Positions 9,902-19,967 of a DNA stretch of 64,000 nt are shown one piece after another (positions within the stretch are counted from its first letter, which is position 1; each line of letters begins with the position of its first letter). The DNA comes from an uncultured Fidelibacterota bacterium. Lineage in GTDB: Bacteria; Fidelibacterota; Marinisomatia; Marinisomatales; Marinisomataceae. The stretch is taken from positions 221,908-285,907 of the forward strand of contig CACBFQ010000002.1 of the NCBI GenBank assembly GCA_902538565.1, read 5' to 3'. The notes below the pieces were generated by a model. That model saw nothing but the letters and a program-made list of their open reading frames with translations. It had not been told where the DNA came from and did no database searches. The translations under genes and the position numbers were made by a program.

Positions 9902-11367
9902 ACACTTAGTAATACTCCAATTGTTAATAGTACTCCAGTTAAAAAGTGAATTCCAATGGTTGATACATTAACAATTAATAGTTCATAAGGTAATTGCTGA
10001 AGATTAGCATCTTCTTTTTCCCATTCAACTAACCAATCAGAACCTTTCTTGGATGCATAATTGAAAATAAGTAATGGAATCAATGCTATTAATGTAAAAT
10101 AATTTTGTGCATAAACTGATGCTGCAACAATCAAAATAAATGATATAACCATTAAACTTTTCCAAACTGAAAATGGTTTTTTATAATTAGCTTTTTCACC
10201 TGGACCAGCCAATTTTACAACCCAGCTATTTTTATTTGCAGCCTTATCAGCATTATAATCTTGAAAACAATTTATAAAAAGGACCAAGGCAATAAATATT
10301 CCAACAGGAGCTGAGTAAAATAATGTAACTATTGGATCAATTGATTGAGTTGGCGCTACTGCTAAGTTTTGCATCAAAGCCGCGCCATACACCATTAGAG
10401 GACCAAAACCAATAAATACTGCTAAATCGCCAAGACCATTGTATGCAAGTTTAAAAAATCCAGTATACATCACTCCCAAAAATACACCCAAATATCCTAG
10501 ATACATTAAGACTGAATCAATCCTTCCGTCAAAGAAGAGGTTGTTTAGATTAAGACCAACTAGGATTGTACATGAAAAAAAGAAAATTGAAAGCAAAAGC
10601 ATATTTGTAGGGGTAATTAATCCAGATTGAATGGCTCTTGATCCGCCATTAAATGGACTAGCCAACTTATTCATTTCATCATTTCTAGATTTATGATCAA
10701 AATAATCATTAATATTATTTGTGCCAATTTGAGCACAAACAGCGCCAAATAGTACCATCCAAAATATCGACCAATCAAAGACCCCAAACTGTTTATATGC
10801 AATAGCAGAACCAAGCATGATTGGAGCAATGGTAGCTGTTAAAAAAGGTGCTCTTACGACACTAATCCAATATTTTAATGTATTCAGTATATTATTTCTT
10901 ACTTCTTTAAATAATCCAATTCTATTTTCAGGAACTTCCATCCATTCAAATTGTTTTTCAGCAAAAAAATCAACATATTTTATTGTTGTTGGCTGAATCT
11001 TGTAGTACCCTATCACATCATTGGTAATCAAAAAATCATCATGCATATATTCTGAAAAAGCTTCAGTGACATTAAGAATTGCTTTTTTGGCTTTTTCAAC
11101 TTCATCCTCATCTGTTACTTTTGAAGCATATGCATCAATTTGCAACTCCTTAATACCATCTTCACCGTCAGGTCTAATAACACATTGAACTTTAGGGTTC
11201 ATAGAAATTTGTACAGCTTTTCTAGATGGATTGAAAGTGAAAAAATATATATCTAATCCATCGTTTGCAAAATAAACATTTGCTGCAGAAGAATTGCCAG
11301 CAACACTTGTTGATAAAGTCATAAAATTTGATCGGTTTAATAAATCTAAAATCTTGTTTTTTAACAT
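9892..11367 (-). CDS. menA: Fusion: N-terminal pyridoxamine-5'-phosphate-oxidase-like FMN split barrel plus MenA-type (UbiA family) prenyltransferase
   Basis: aa ~1-146: MTLSTS, SRKAVQISMNPKV, LQIDAYA (split-barrel pattern). aa ~165-491: RAPFL, NINDYFD, GGSRAI, YNGLGDL, NCFQDYNAD, multiple TMs (MenA). Confidence 0.75.
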   Translation of the reverse strand: MLKNKILDLLNRSNFMTLSTSVAGNSSAANVYFANDGLDIYFFTFNPSRKAVQISMNPKVQCVIRPDGEDGIKELQIDAYASKVTDEDEVEKAKKAILNVTEAFSEYMHDDFLITNDVIGYYKIQPTTIKYVDFFAEKQFEWMEVPENRIGLFKEVRNNILNTLKYWISVVRAPFLTATIAPIMLGSAIAYKQFGVFDWSIFWMVLFGAVCAQIGTNNINDYFDHKSRNDEMNKLASPFNGGSRAIQSGLITPTNMLLLSIFFFSCTILVGLNLNNLFFDGRIDSVLMYLGYLGVFLGVMYTGFFKLAYNGLGDLAVFIGFGPLMVYGAALMQNLAVAPTQSIDPIVTLFYSAPVGIFIALVLFINCFQDYNADKAANKNSWVVKLAGPGEKANYKKPFSVWKSLMVISFILIVAASVYAQNYFTLIALIPLLIFNYASKKGSDWLVEWEKEDANLQQLPYELLIVNVSTIGIHFLTGVLLTIGVLLSVWI

Positions 11368-11369
11368 TC

Positions 11370-12149
11370 CTAATTTTCCTCAATAAATTCGTTCATCTTT
11401 TCTTTTAGAATCTTACCTAATTCATCCAAAGAGAGGGCTGAACTTATAAAATATCCATTCTCAGCAACAGAAATTTTTCCACTTTCTTCTGAAATAACAA
11501 CTGCCAAGGCATCACTCTCTTCTGAAATTCCAAGTGCTGCTCGATGCCTAGTTCCCATTTCAGGATTTAAAGTTTTGCTCTCCGTCAGAGGCAAAATACA
11601 TGCTGCTGCTTCAATTAAATTATTATGAATTACTACAGCTCCGTCATGCAAAGGAGAAGATGGATTAAAAATTGATACTAAAAGCTCAGGGCTGAATGAA
11701 GCATGCATTGGAACAGCATCAGAAACTACATTTTTTAAGGAATTTTCACGTTCAAAAACAAGTAAAGCACCCCACTTGTTCTTTTTTATTTCTTCAATGC
11801 TGAAAAGTATATCTTCTTGAATAGCCGTTTTTTCAATTTGAAAAAGCTTTCTTAAAATTCGATTCTGTCCAACAGAAGTTAAAAGTCTTCTGATTTCAGG
11901 TTGGAATAGAATTACAAAAACTACGACCCAAACAGTTTGAAAAAGATTTAAAAGCCAAGATGTAGCCTTAAATCCGAGAATATTAATTATAAATCCAGCA
12001 AAAAATATAATTAATAAACCAATTAACATTTGACCACCTCGAGTACCTCTAAAGTAAGAATAGGCATAAGAAAAAATGAATGTAACCAAGATCAAATCAA
12101 ACAGATCAGTTAGTGTAAACTTTAAAAAACTTATCTCAAAAAGGTTCAT
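11370..12149 (-). CDS. cdaA: Diadenylate cyclase CdaA (3 TM + DisA_N)
   Basis: Three N-terminal TMs, ILFQPEIRR, LHDGAVVI (DGA) and GTRHRAALG (RHR) catalytic motifs, SEESGKIS. Confidence 0.93.
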   Translation of the reverse strand: MNLFEISFLKFTLTDLFDLILVTFIFSYAYSYFRGTRGGQMLIGLLIIFFAGFIINILGFKATSWLLNLFQTVWVVVFVILFQPEIRRLLTSVGQNRILRKLFQIEKTAIQEDILFSIEEIKKNKWGALLVFERENSLKNVVSDAVPMHASFSPELLVSIFNPSSPLHDGAVVIHNNLIEAAACILPLTESKTLNPEMGTRHRAALGISEESDALAVVISEESGKISVAENGYFISSALSLDELGKILKEKMNEFIEEN

Positions 12150-12157
12150 ATAATAAT

Positions 12158-13009
12158 TTAGCTAATTAAATGGTTTGAATTAAAAATTTTATTTGCAATT
12201 AAAAGGGCTTTATTAGTTTCAGAAACATCATGAACCCTGAAAATCTTTATACCTTTTTGTAATCCAATAACGTTAGCTGCTAATGAACCTTCTAACCTAT
12301 CATTTTCAGGAAGATTTAAAGATATTCCAATAAAGGATTTTCTTGATGCGCCTAGCAAAACTGGAAAATTCAATTCAACGAAGTGATTTAAATTATTTAT
12401 GATTTCAAAATTATTTTCTACAGTTTTACCAAAACCAATTCCGGGATCAATTATAATTTTTTTTTGATTTACTCCTTTAGAAATAGCAAAATCTATTCTC
12501 TCAACAAGATAATCTTTGATATCCGGTATTAGAGATTTATACTGGGGATTATCTTGCATATTCTTAGGAGTTCCTTTCATATGCATTATAATTAAGGGAC
12601 AATCGAATTTTACTGCAACATCAGCCATTAGCGGATCAATCTCCATAGCACTAATATCATTTATTATTGAAGCACCAACATCAAGAGCCTTGCTTGCTAC
12701 AATTGATTTAGTAGTATCAATTGATATACAAACATCAGATTTTTTTCTTATACCTTCAATGACAGGTATCACTCTTGAAATTTCTTCATCTAAACTTACT
12801 GGATCTGAGAATGGCCTTGTTGATTCACCGCCTATATCAATTATATCTGCACCATTCTTGACCATCTCTAATGCATGCTCAATAGCATTATTTTTTTTAA
12901 AGTATTGTCCTCCATCTGAAAAAGAATCGGGAGTGACATTTAAAATTCCCATGATTAATGACTGCTTATCTTCACTTGTAAGCCAATCATTGAATTGTTT
13001 GATATTCAT
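12158..13009 (-). CDS. folP: Dihydropteroate synthase
   Basis: MGILNVTPDSFSDGG, DIGGESTRP, IDPGIGFGK, GASRKSFI, RVHDV. Confidence 0.97.
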   Translation of the reverse strand: MNIKQFNDWLTSEDKQSLIMGILNVTPDSFSDGGQYFKKNNAIEHALEMVKNGADIIDIGGESTRPFSDPVSLDEEISRVIPVIEGIRKKSDVCISIDTTKSIVASKALDVGASIINDISAMEIDPLMADVAVKFDCPLIIMHMKGTPKNMQDNPQYKSLIPDIKDYLVERIDFAISKGVNQKKIIIDPGIGFGKTVENNFEIINNLNHFVELNFPVLLGASRKSFIGISLNLPENDRLEGSLAANVIGLQKGIKIFRVHDVSETNKALLIANKIFNSNHLIS

Positions 13010-13012
13010 GTA

Positions 13013-14908
13013 TTATTTTTTTGAGATTTTTTTACCTGATAGCATGACTTTAATATCTGATTCATCTATTGTTTCATGTTCAAGTAATTCTTCAGCCATT
13101 AAATGCAGTAGATCAATTTTTTCTTCAAGAATTTTTCTTGCAGTGTCTTGTGCATTTTTAATAATTGATACAACTTCATGATCAATCATCTGAGCAGTTT
13201 CTTCACTGTAGTCTCTATGAGATTGTATTTCTCTTCCTAAGAAAATTTCTTCATTCTTTTTTCCAAAAGCCATTGGGCCCATCTTGTCACTCATTCCCCA
13301 CTCACAAACCATTCTTCTAGCAATACTTGTTGCTCTTTCAATATCGTTTGATGCGCCAGTAGTGATTTCATTTAATATTAAATCTTCCGCAGCTCTTCCT
13401 CCCATCATTACAGCTAATCTGCTTAAAATATATGTTTTTGAATAACCGTGTTTTTCATCAATTGGCAGCTGCATTGTTACTCCTAATGCTCTTCCTCTGG
13501 GAATAATTGTAACTTTATGGACAGGATCTGCTTCTGGAGAAAATATTGCTACTACTGCATGCCCTGCTTCATGATAAGCTGTTACTTTCTTTTCATGATC
13601 CGAAAGCACCATACTTTTTCTTTGGACACCCATTAAAACTTTATCTTGAGCTTCTTGAAAATCAGCATTATCAACTGTTGCTTTTCTTTTTCTAGAAGCA
13701 AGTAATGCAGCTTCATTTACAAGATTAGCTAAATCAGCTCCAACCATTCCAGGTGTTCCTTTGGCAATATCTAATAAATTTACTGATTTAGGTTTAATTT
13801 TAATTTTCTTTGTATGAATCTTTAAAATATCATGCCTACCATTTAGGTCGGGAACATCAACTACAACCTGACGGTCAAATCTTCCGGGCCTTAACAATGC
13901 TGAGTCCAACACATCTGGCCTATTTGTTGCTCCCATTACAATAACACTGCTAGAATTATCAAATCCATCAAGTTCTACTAACAGCTGATTTAGTGTTTGT
14001 TCTCTTTCATCATGTCCACCACCTAATCCAGCTCCGCGTTGACGACCTACCGCATCAAGCTCATCAATAAAAACAATCGCAGGTGCATTTTTATTTGCCT
14101 GTTCAAACAAATCTCTCACACGCGATGCTCCAACTCCCACAAACATTTCGACAAAGTCTGCTCCACTTATACTAAAAAAAGGAACATTAGATTCACCAGC
14201 TACAGCTCTAGCTAATAATGTCTTTCCAGTTCCCGGAGGACCAACTAATAAAACACCTCTTGGAATTTTTCCTCCAAGCTTTTCAAATTTTTTAGGACTT
14301 TTTAAATATGCTATAACTTCTTCAAGCTCTTCCTTGGCTTCAACACATCCAGCAACATCCTTGAACTTTACTTTCTTCTGGTTACCAGAAAAAATCTTAG
14401 CTTTACTTTTACCAAAGCTAAATACATTATTCATTCCATTACCCGAACCTTGCATTCTTCTTATTAGAAATAACCAAAAAGCTATTAATAATAGCCAGGG
14501 AGCAAAACCAAGCAACCAACTAGTCCAATCAATTTTCTCACCTTCAAAATTGTATTCAATATTTTTTTCATCCCATAAAGCTATTTGATCAGAATAATCA
14601 GATGGCAAGTAAACAACAAATAAGGTTCTATCTTCGAACGATGCGCCATGCTTGTTGATTAAAGTTTCAGGATTAAAAAGTTCTCCATGAAAAGAATTAT
14701 CGTTCTCAATAGATGCTTCTTTAATTTTGTTTTCAGCTAATAATTCTTTGTAAGTGTTGTAAGATACTTCAACTTCACTTGCTGATTCATCTGGAAGAAA
14801 AGCAAAAGAAGCTATTATGAACAAAATTATTGATGCCCAAATAAGTAATGAGCTAGGCCCTGATTGAGCTTTTTTTGGATTTGGTTTCTTATTTGTCTGA
14901 TTTTTCAT
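13013..14908 (-). CDS. ftsH: ATP-dependent zinc metalloprotease FtsH
   Basis: Two TMs, [32 protein letters not shown] zinc motif. Confidence 0.99.
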   Translation of the reverse strand: MKNQTNKKPNPKKAQSGPSSLLIWASIILFIIASFAFLPDESASEVEVSYNTYKELLAENKIKEASIENDNSFHGELFNPETLINKHGASFEDRTLFVVYLPSDYSDQIALWDEKNIEYNFEGEKIDWTSWLLGFAPWLLLIAFWLFLIRRMQGSGNGMNNVFSFGKSKAKIFSGNQKKVKFKDVAGCVEAKEELEEVIAYLKSPKKFEKLGGKIPRGVLLVGPPGTGKTLLARAVAGESNVPFFSISGADFVEMFVGVGASRVRDLFEQANKNAPAIVFIDELDAVGRQRGAGLGGGHDEREQTLNQLLVELDGFDNSSSVIVMGATNRPDVLDSALLRPGRFDRQVVVDVPDLNGRHDILKIHTKKIKIKPKSVNLLDIAKGTPGMVGADLANLVNEAALLASRKRKATVDNADFQEAQDKVLMGVQRKSMVLSDHEKKVTAYHEAGHAVVAIFSPEADPVHKVTIIPRGRALGVTMQLPIDEKHGYSKTYILSRLAVMMGGRAAEDLILNEITTGASNDIERATSIARRMVCEWGMSDKMGPMAFGKKNEEIFLGREIQSHRDYSEETAQMIDHEVVSIIKNAQDTARKILEEKIDLLHLMAEELLEHETIDESDIKVMLSGKKISKK

Positions 14909-14943
14909 GGAGAAGAATTTAATAAAAATGTATAATAAAAAAA

Positions 14944-16269
14944 CTAATTTCTAGAGAAATTTAGTTTTGCAATTTTAGCTGAATTTTTATGAATTTTATA
15001 TTTTTCACTTAATTGATAACCGGCAACCCAAATAATTTCATCTTGGTTACATACTACTAACGATTCTTTCCTCTTTAAGAACGATAAATTTTTGTCTTTT
15101 AAGAATTTTGCAACTTTCTTATTGCCGCTCATTCCCAATGGCAAAAAACTATCATGATCTCTAACTGACCTTATAACTAAGTTGTCAGTAATCTTTGATG
15201 CGTCAATAAATTCAATCTCATTATCATTATTAAAAGTCTTAGGTGCTTTATTAAAATCCCAGGAAAAAGTAAAATCTTTTCCTTTGAATTCTTTTCCAGC
15301 TTCAACATTTATAAAAATGTCATCTTTCATATTTTTATAAATAATTAATGAATTTCTATCTATTAAAATTGTTTTATCATTTACTCTTTTTGAACTACCT
15401 GTAAGATTTTTTCTTAATAAATCTTTTATTTCTCTTACATCAGTTTTTGAAAATGAATTTTTAGTATCAATGCATTGATTTGAGATTATTTTTAGCTGAA
15501 CAAGAAAAGGAAGGTTATAAAAATCCGATTTGTTTATTTCAATATTATTATCATTTGCTATATAGCTGTCTGAATTACAAAAATTCTGCACATTAAATAC
15601 AATTAAATCATGCACCTCATCAATTCGATCAGTAAAATTATTGAAAGGAATATGAATATCATTTTTAATTTTTTTCAATTCAGGTATCACATTCATCCTC
15701 AAAAAATTTCTAGTAAACGTGTTATCAGAATTTGTTGGATCATCAATATATTTAACATTATTTAAAGAAGCATAATCACTAATTTCGCTTTTTGAAATAT
15801 TATACATAGGTCTGATAATATTTTGTTTTAATTTTCTCAATCCTTGAAGTCCATCTAAGCCAGAGGAATTCATAATTTTCATCAAAATAGTTTCTACTTG
15901 ATCATCCGCATGGTGAGCAGTAAGAATAAAATCAGCTTTAATTTCTGTTCTAATTTCTTCTAATTTACTATATCTCATATTTCTAAAATTTGATTCAATA
16001 TTAGAATTAACTCCTTTTAAAAAAATGTTTTCAATAACTAAATCATTATTCATTTTAGTACATTGATCTTGTACTAAATGTTCCATCTTTTTAGCATCGG
16101 AGTGATAATTATGATTAATATGGGCTACAGAAAACTTATAGGATTCATGGTTTTTTTGAAAAAACTTTAAAAGAACCATTGAATCTATACCACCAGATAC
16201 TGCCAGTAAAAAATGAGGCTTTTCATTTTCAATTAATGAATCAAGATTTGATATAATTTTATTTTGCAT
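14944..16269 (-). CDS. tilS: tRNA(Ile)-lysidine synthetase
   Basis: PP-loop AVSGGIDSMVL, AHINH, TAHHADDQVET, DPTN, RNFLR; C-terminal TilS_C-like region (GMSGNKKVAKFL); tilS-ftsH synteny. Confidence 0.95.
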   Translation of the reverse strand: MQNKIISNLDSLIENEKPHFLLAVSGGIDSMVLLKFFQKNHESYKFSVAHINHNYHSDAKKMEHLVQDQCTKMNNDLVIENIFLKGVNSNIESNFRNMRYSKLEEIRTEIKADFILTAHHADDQVETILMKIMNSSGLDGLQGLRKLKQNIIRPMYNISKSEISDYASLNNVKYIDDPTNSDNTFTRNFLRMNVIPELKKIKNDIHIPFNNFTDRIDEVHDLIVFNVQNFCNSDSYIANDNNIEINKSDFYNLPFLVQLKIISNQCIDTKNSFSKTDVREIKDLLRKNLTGSSKRVNDKTILIDRNSLIIYKNMKDDIFINVEAGKEFKGKDFTFSWDFNKAPKTFNNDNEIEFIDASKITDNLVIRSVRDHDSFLPLGMSGNKKVAKFLKDKNLSFLKRKESLVVCNQDEIIWVAGYQLSEKYKIHKNSAKIAKLNFSRN

Positions 16270-16891
16270 ATTTCACTAAAAATGGATTTGTTTTTAATTC
16301 ATAATCTAATGTTGTTATTTCACGATGCCCGGGGAGCAAGGTTGAATTCACATCAAATGAATTTACAAACATTTCTAATGATTTTTCCATATGAGCTGGA
16401 TTTGATGTTTGAAGATCAGTTCTACCAATTGATCCCTTAAATATTAAATCTCCACAAAAGATAAGTGAGTCTATTTCAAAACTCATACATCCCGGAGAAT
16501 GTCCAGGATTGTAATTAACATTAAATTCAAATGAACCAACTGTTAATTTTTTATCTGTGTCTTCAATCCAATGACTAACTTGTGGTTTTTCTGAATCAAT
16601 ATGCATATATCCCTTCATGACATCATAATGATCAAGCATGATGCTATTTCCTCTACAAATATAAAATGGTATGTTGTAATTTTTTATACAATCACTGGCA
16701 GAAGCAATATGATCAATATGAGCATGAGTAGCCAAAACAGCTATTGGGGATAAATTTTCAGATTTAAGATAGCCATCAATTAAATCAAATCCTAAACCAG
16801 GATCAATTATTATAGCTTCTTTATTATCATTTGATAAAATATAGATATTTTGATCAAGCAGTCTCGAAATAATCTTTTTGTAATTCAACAT
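16259..16891 (-). CDS. MBL-fold metallohydrolase (glyoxalase II/YcbL-like)
   Basis: IIDPG, THAHIDH, PGHSPG, FCGDLIF, SIGRTDL, PGH. Confidence 0.9.
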   Translation of the reverse strand: MLNYKKIISRLLDQNIYILSNDNKEAIIIDPGLGFDLIDGYLKSENLSPIAVLATHAHIDHIASASDCIKNYNIPFYICRGNSIMLDHYDVMKGYMHIDSEKPQVSHWIEDTDKKLTVGSFEFNVNYNPGHSPGCMSFEIDSLIFCGDLIFKGSIGRTDLQTSNPAHMEKSLEMFVNSFDVNSTLLPGHREITTLDYELKTNPFLVKYAK

Positions 16892-17955
16892 TATACTCTG
16901 TCAAAGAAAAATCCACCCAAAGAATTAATTTTATCTTGGTAGGAATGTGGATTCAAAAATCTAACAGTTGCAGCAATACTTGAAAGTATTGAGTTTCCAT
17001 CTTGAGGAGTGAAACAAAATCCAGAAACTTCGTGATCATTACGCACATTAATAGAATCTTCAACAATGACAGTTTGATTTAAAATTCTTCCATATAATCC
17101 TTGGTCTCTTCCAAATGAAAATACCTCATTTGCTGAATGATGCTCTGTTAATGACACTCTATCATTGCTTGCAAGCAAATCAATAACTTTTTGTTTTGAA
17201 GTTGGCTCCTTAAGCTTCAAATTAAACCATACAGTATGCATATATTGGGAATTAACCTTCATTGCTGAAGAAAATAAATCAAGATCAAGGTTCATTGTTT
17301 TAAATAATCCTGCTGCATCTTCTGCATGATGAGTCCCGTAAACCGGATTCCCATGGTCATTAACTGTTGGAGCAGGAACAAAACTATCTGTTTGACTTAT
17401 ATCATTACTTCTTCTTATACAAACAAATTTTCCATTAATCAAGTTATCTGGAGATATACTTAATGCTATTGTATTAACTAAACATGCAATATTGTGGGTA
17501 TTGCAAGAAACAACTTGTAAAAATTGATCTTCTGAATTGATAACATGATCATTAATTCCTCGAGCATATTTTTTTCCAAAACCGTCTTCACTGCCTTGAG
17601 CTAGAAATCCTTTAACTTTATCAGCATATTTTTCATAAAAATCTACTTTATTTTGGTGACCAAAACCCTTAGGAGTACAATCAATTACGACTGAACTTCT
17701 AGAAACAGCTTCTTGCATAGTAAATTCAGGTTCTAAACCAATTTCTTTAAAACTTTCTACTCTATCCTCACGAACTGCAAGCCTAGCACCTTTCGCTATT
17801 AAGTTTTTAATCTTAGGAGAATCCTTAGTTAAAGGGGATTGTTTATGAAATGTAACCTCATCAATTCCTAAGTTACTTTTTTGCTCACAAAGAATACCTA
17901 TCAGCGGTTCTCCAATAGTTCCAGTTCCTACAACATGTACAATTTTTCGTTCCAT
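16891..17955 (-). CDS. Class II (archaeal-type) glyceraldehyde-3-phosphate dehydrogenase homologue
   Basis: VVGTGTIG dinucleotide loop, VIDCTP, QGSE, catalytic VVSCNT, IRRSND, HHAED, YMHTV. These match the archaeal GAPDH motif series, not class I (no ASCTTNC). Confidence 0.75.
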   Translation of the reverse strand: MERKIVHVVGTGTIGEPLIGILCEQKSNLGIDEVTFHKQSPLTKDSPKIKNLIAKGARLAVREDRVESFKEIGLEPEFTMQEAVSRSSVVIDCTPKGFGHQNKVDFYEKYADKVKGFLAQGSEDGFGKKYARGINDHVINSEDQFLQVVSCNTHNIACLVNTIALSISPDNLINGKFVCIRRSNDISQTDSFVPAPTVNDHGNPVYGTHHAEDAAGLFKTMNLDLDLFSSAMKVNSQYMHTVWFNLKLKEPTSKQKVIDLLASNDRVSLTEHHSANEVFSFGRDQGLYGRILNQTVIVEDSINVRNDHEVSGFCFTPQDGNSILSSIAATVRFLNPHSYQDKINSLGGFFFDRV

Positions 17956-17973
17956 GATTCAAATTTCCCCTAA

Positions 17974-18072
17974 TTAATTTCTATATTTTTTTACGTTAAT
18001 AATAAACCAGGTTAAAATAGTAATAAAAACAACAAAAAGTGCTGACAAAAAATATGATAAATAATTAAACAT
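17974..18072 (-). CDS. Putative heme exporter subunit CcmD (32-aa single-TM protein)
   Basis: Hand translation MFNYLSYFLSALFVVFITILTWFIINVKKYRN*. The ATG overlaps the ccmC 3' end; hydrophobic N-terminus and basic C-terminus; canonical ccmD position. Not in the ORF track. Confidence 0.6.
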   Translation of the reverse strand: MFNYLSYFLSALFVVFITILTWFIINVKKYRN

Positions 18073-18712
18073 ATCTATCCTCAATATCTTTCTTTTTCAA
18101 AACTTCTATTTTTAATAATAGCATTAAAATCATCAAAGAAGTAAATGATAACAATGAAAATAAAAATGGATTTAAAATCCCAGACGGCTGCTTATTCATG
18201 CCTAACTGAGGATGAGACTGAATTTCAGCTGCCCAAAAATTAACTGATGCAAAAATTATTGGAATGTCTAAAAATGCAATAATTCCAATAATGGAACATA
18301 CAAGTGCTGCTCTTTGACGATATAGCCCAATATTTCTCATAATAAAATATCCTACATAAATCAGAAATAGTACTAGAGTAGTAATTAATCTAGGTTCCCA
18401 TACCCAAGGCTGACCCCAAATTGGTGTTGCCCAAATAGGCCCTGTAATTAAGACTAAAGAAGTAAAAATAGTCCCTATTTCAGCAGACGCAAAGCCAATT
18501 CTGTCATATTTAAGATTTTTTGTATAGAGATAAAAAATTCCACTTACCATCACAATGAAATAAGCTAAAAATCCAGACCACGCTATTGGAACATGGAGAT
18601 AAAATATTTTTTGCGCCCATTCTTGATTGGGAACCATTGGAGTAAAGAAAATTATCCAAACTAAATTTGAGATCATTAAGAAAATGGTAATAATAAAAAA
18701 AGTTAAGTTCAT
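18065..18712 (-). CDS. ccmC: Heme chaperone/export protein CcmC
   Basis: IFYLHVP, WWD-domain WATPIWGQPWVWEPRL, second His in SHP; follows ccmAB. Confidence 0.9.
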   Translation of the reverse strand: MNLTFFIITIFLMISNLVWIIFFTPMVPNQEWAQKIFYLHVPIAWSGFLAYFIVMVSGIFYLYTKNLKYDRIGFASAEIGTIFTSLVLITGPIWATPIWGQPWVWEPRLITTLVLFLIYVGYFIMRNIGLYRQRAALVCSIIGIIAFLDIPIIFASVNFWAAEIQSHPQLGMNKQPSGILNPFLFSLLSFTSLMILMLLLKIEVLKKKDIEDRYV

Positions 18713-19371
18713 TATTGTTTAATTAGTCTTTCAAATAAATTTATCCCTAGAAGGATTCCAATTAAGGCAAAAGTTAATAATATCAACCAAGATTCAATAT
18801 ATAAAGATGACATTTCTCCAATAATAATACCAAAAAGAATATTTGATGCATTTATAAGAATTGGAACTATTAAAGGGAAAAACATAACTGGAAATAAGAA
18901 GCTTTTAGAAGTATTTGTATTAGTTAATAAAAAAATCAATATACCAAAAGATAATAATCCAAAGTTTGTAACGATACTTAGTAAAATAAGATTTGATATA
19001 ATTTCAAAACTCAAATCAGATAAAATCATATAGCTAAAAAATATTATAAATTGAACCCCTAAAAGAATTAAACTGAGTGATAATATTTTAGCAAAATAAA
19101 TCTTTGTCAAATCAATTGAGGATGAATAAATAAGATCATAAATATTATAATCTTTTTCTCTAGCAAAAGAATTTTCAATAAGCTTGATTGTTGAAAGCGA
19201 TATAATAATCCAAAAGAATCCAGAAAACACTGTTGAATCATAAATTTTTGATAAAGGAAAAGAAAAGAGCAAAAACATTAAACATGAAATTGCAAAGAAA
19301 GATATGTATAGCAAATTAAATGATGACTTTCTTTCTAAATAAAACTCATTTATTATTAGTCTTGCAATCAT
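18712..19371 (-). CDS. ccmB: Heme exporter permease CcmB
   Basis: Six-TM protein, SFAREKD, IYFAK, LFPVMFFPLIVP; lies between ccmA and ccmC. Confidence 0.8.
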   Translation of the reverse strand: MIARLIINEFYLERKSSFNLLYISFFAISCLMFLLFSFPLSKIYDSTVFSGFFWIIISLSTIKLIENSFAREKDYNIYDLIYSSSIDLTKIYFAKILSLSLILLGVQFIIFFSYMILSDLSFEIISNLILLSIVTNFGLLSFGILIFLLTNTNTSKSFLFPVMFFPLIVPILINASNILFGIIIGEMSSLYIESWLILLTFALIGILLGINLFERLIKQ

Positions 19372-19967
19372 TTGAAAGCCCTGAAGTCTTCTATTGAAAT
19401 TACTTTATCATAAAGCGATTCTTGATTATCCTGATGCGTGGAATAAATGATAGACTTATTATCAGATTTAAAATTATTAAAAATATCTCTAAAAATTTTA
19501 ACTCCTTCTGCGTCTAAATTGCTAAATGGTTCATCAATTAACAAATAGTCCCAATTTAGATTCATTGCTATGCAAAGCTTATTTCGTTGGATGTTCCCTC
19601 TTGATAAGAATTTTAATGGCATATCTTTGAACTGTTCAATATTGAGCATTGTAAGAGAATCATTAAAAACAATCCTATTATAATTTTGATCATGATAAGT
19701 AGAAATTACTTTTAGGTTCTCTTCAATAGTCAAATCACCAAAAATGTTTAGCTTGTCACTTAAGAAAAGATGGCCATTAGCAGAATTAAATTCTATTGAT
19801 CCAGCCTCAAAGTTCATTAGTCCTGAAAGGCATTTAAGAAAGGTAGTCTTTCCAGAACCATTATTTCCTACAATTGCACAAATTTTTCCTAACTTTAAAG
19901 AAAAATTCACATCATTTAATATTGGTGTATTGGAAAAAGATTTAGAAAGATTTTTTATCTGTAACAT
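19368..19967 (-). CDS. ccmA: Heme ABC exporter ATPase CcmA
   Basis: GNNGSGKTT, LSRG signature, LLIDEPFSNLD, STH; located in the ccm cluster. Confidence 0.8.
   Translation of the reverse strand: MLQIKNLSKSFSNTPILNDVNFSLKLGKICAIVGNNGSGKTTFLKCLSGLMNFEAGSIEFNSANGHLFLSDKLNIFGDLTIEENLKVISTYHDQNYNRIVFNDSLTMLNIEQFKDMPLKFLSRGNIQRNKLCIAMNLNWDYLLIDEPFSNLDAEGVKIFRDIFNNFKSDNKSIIYSTHQDNQESLYDKVISIEDFRAFK

Noticed and set aside
12516-13181. 221-aa plus-strand ORF
   Set aside because: Antisense shadow of folP/ftsH; Ser/Ile-rich, no motifs, no SD.
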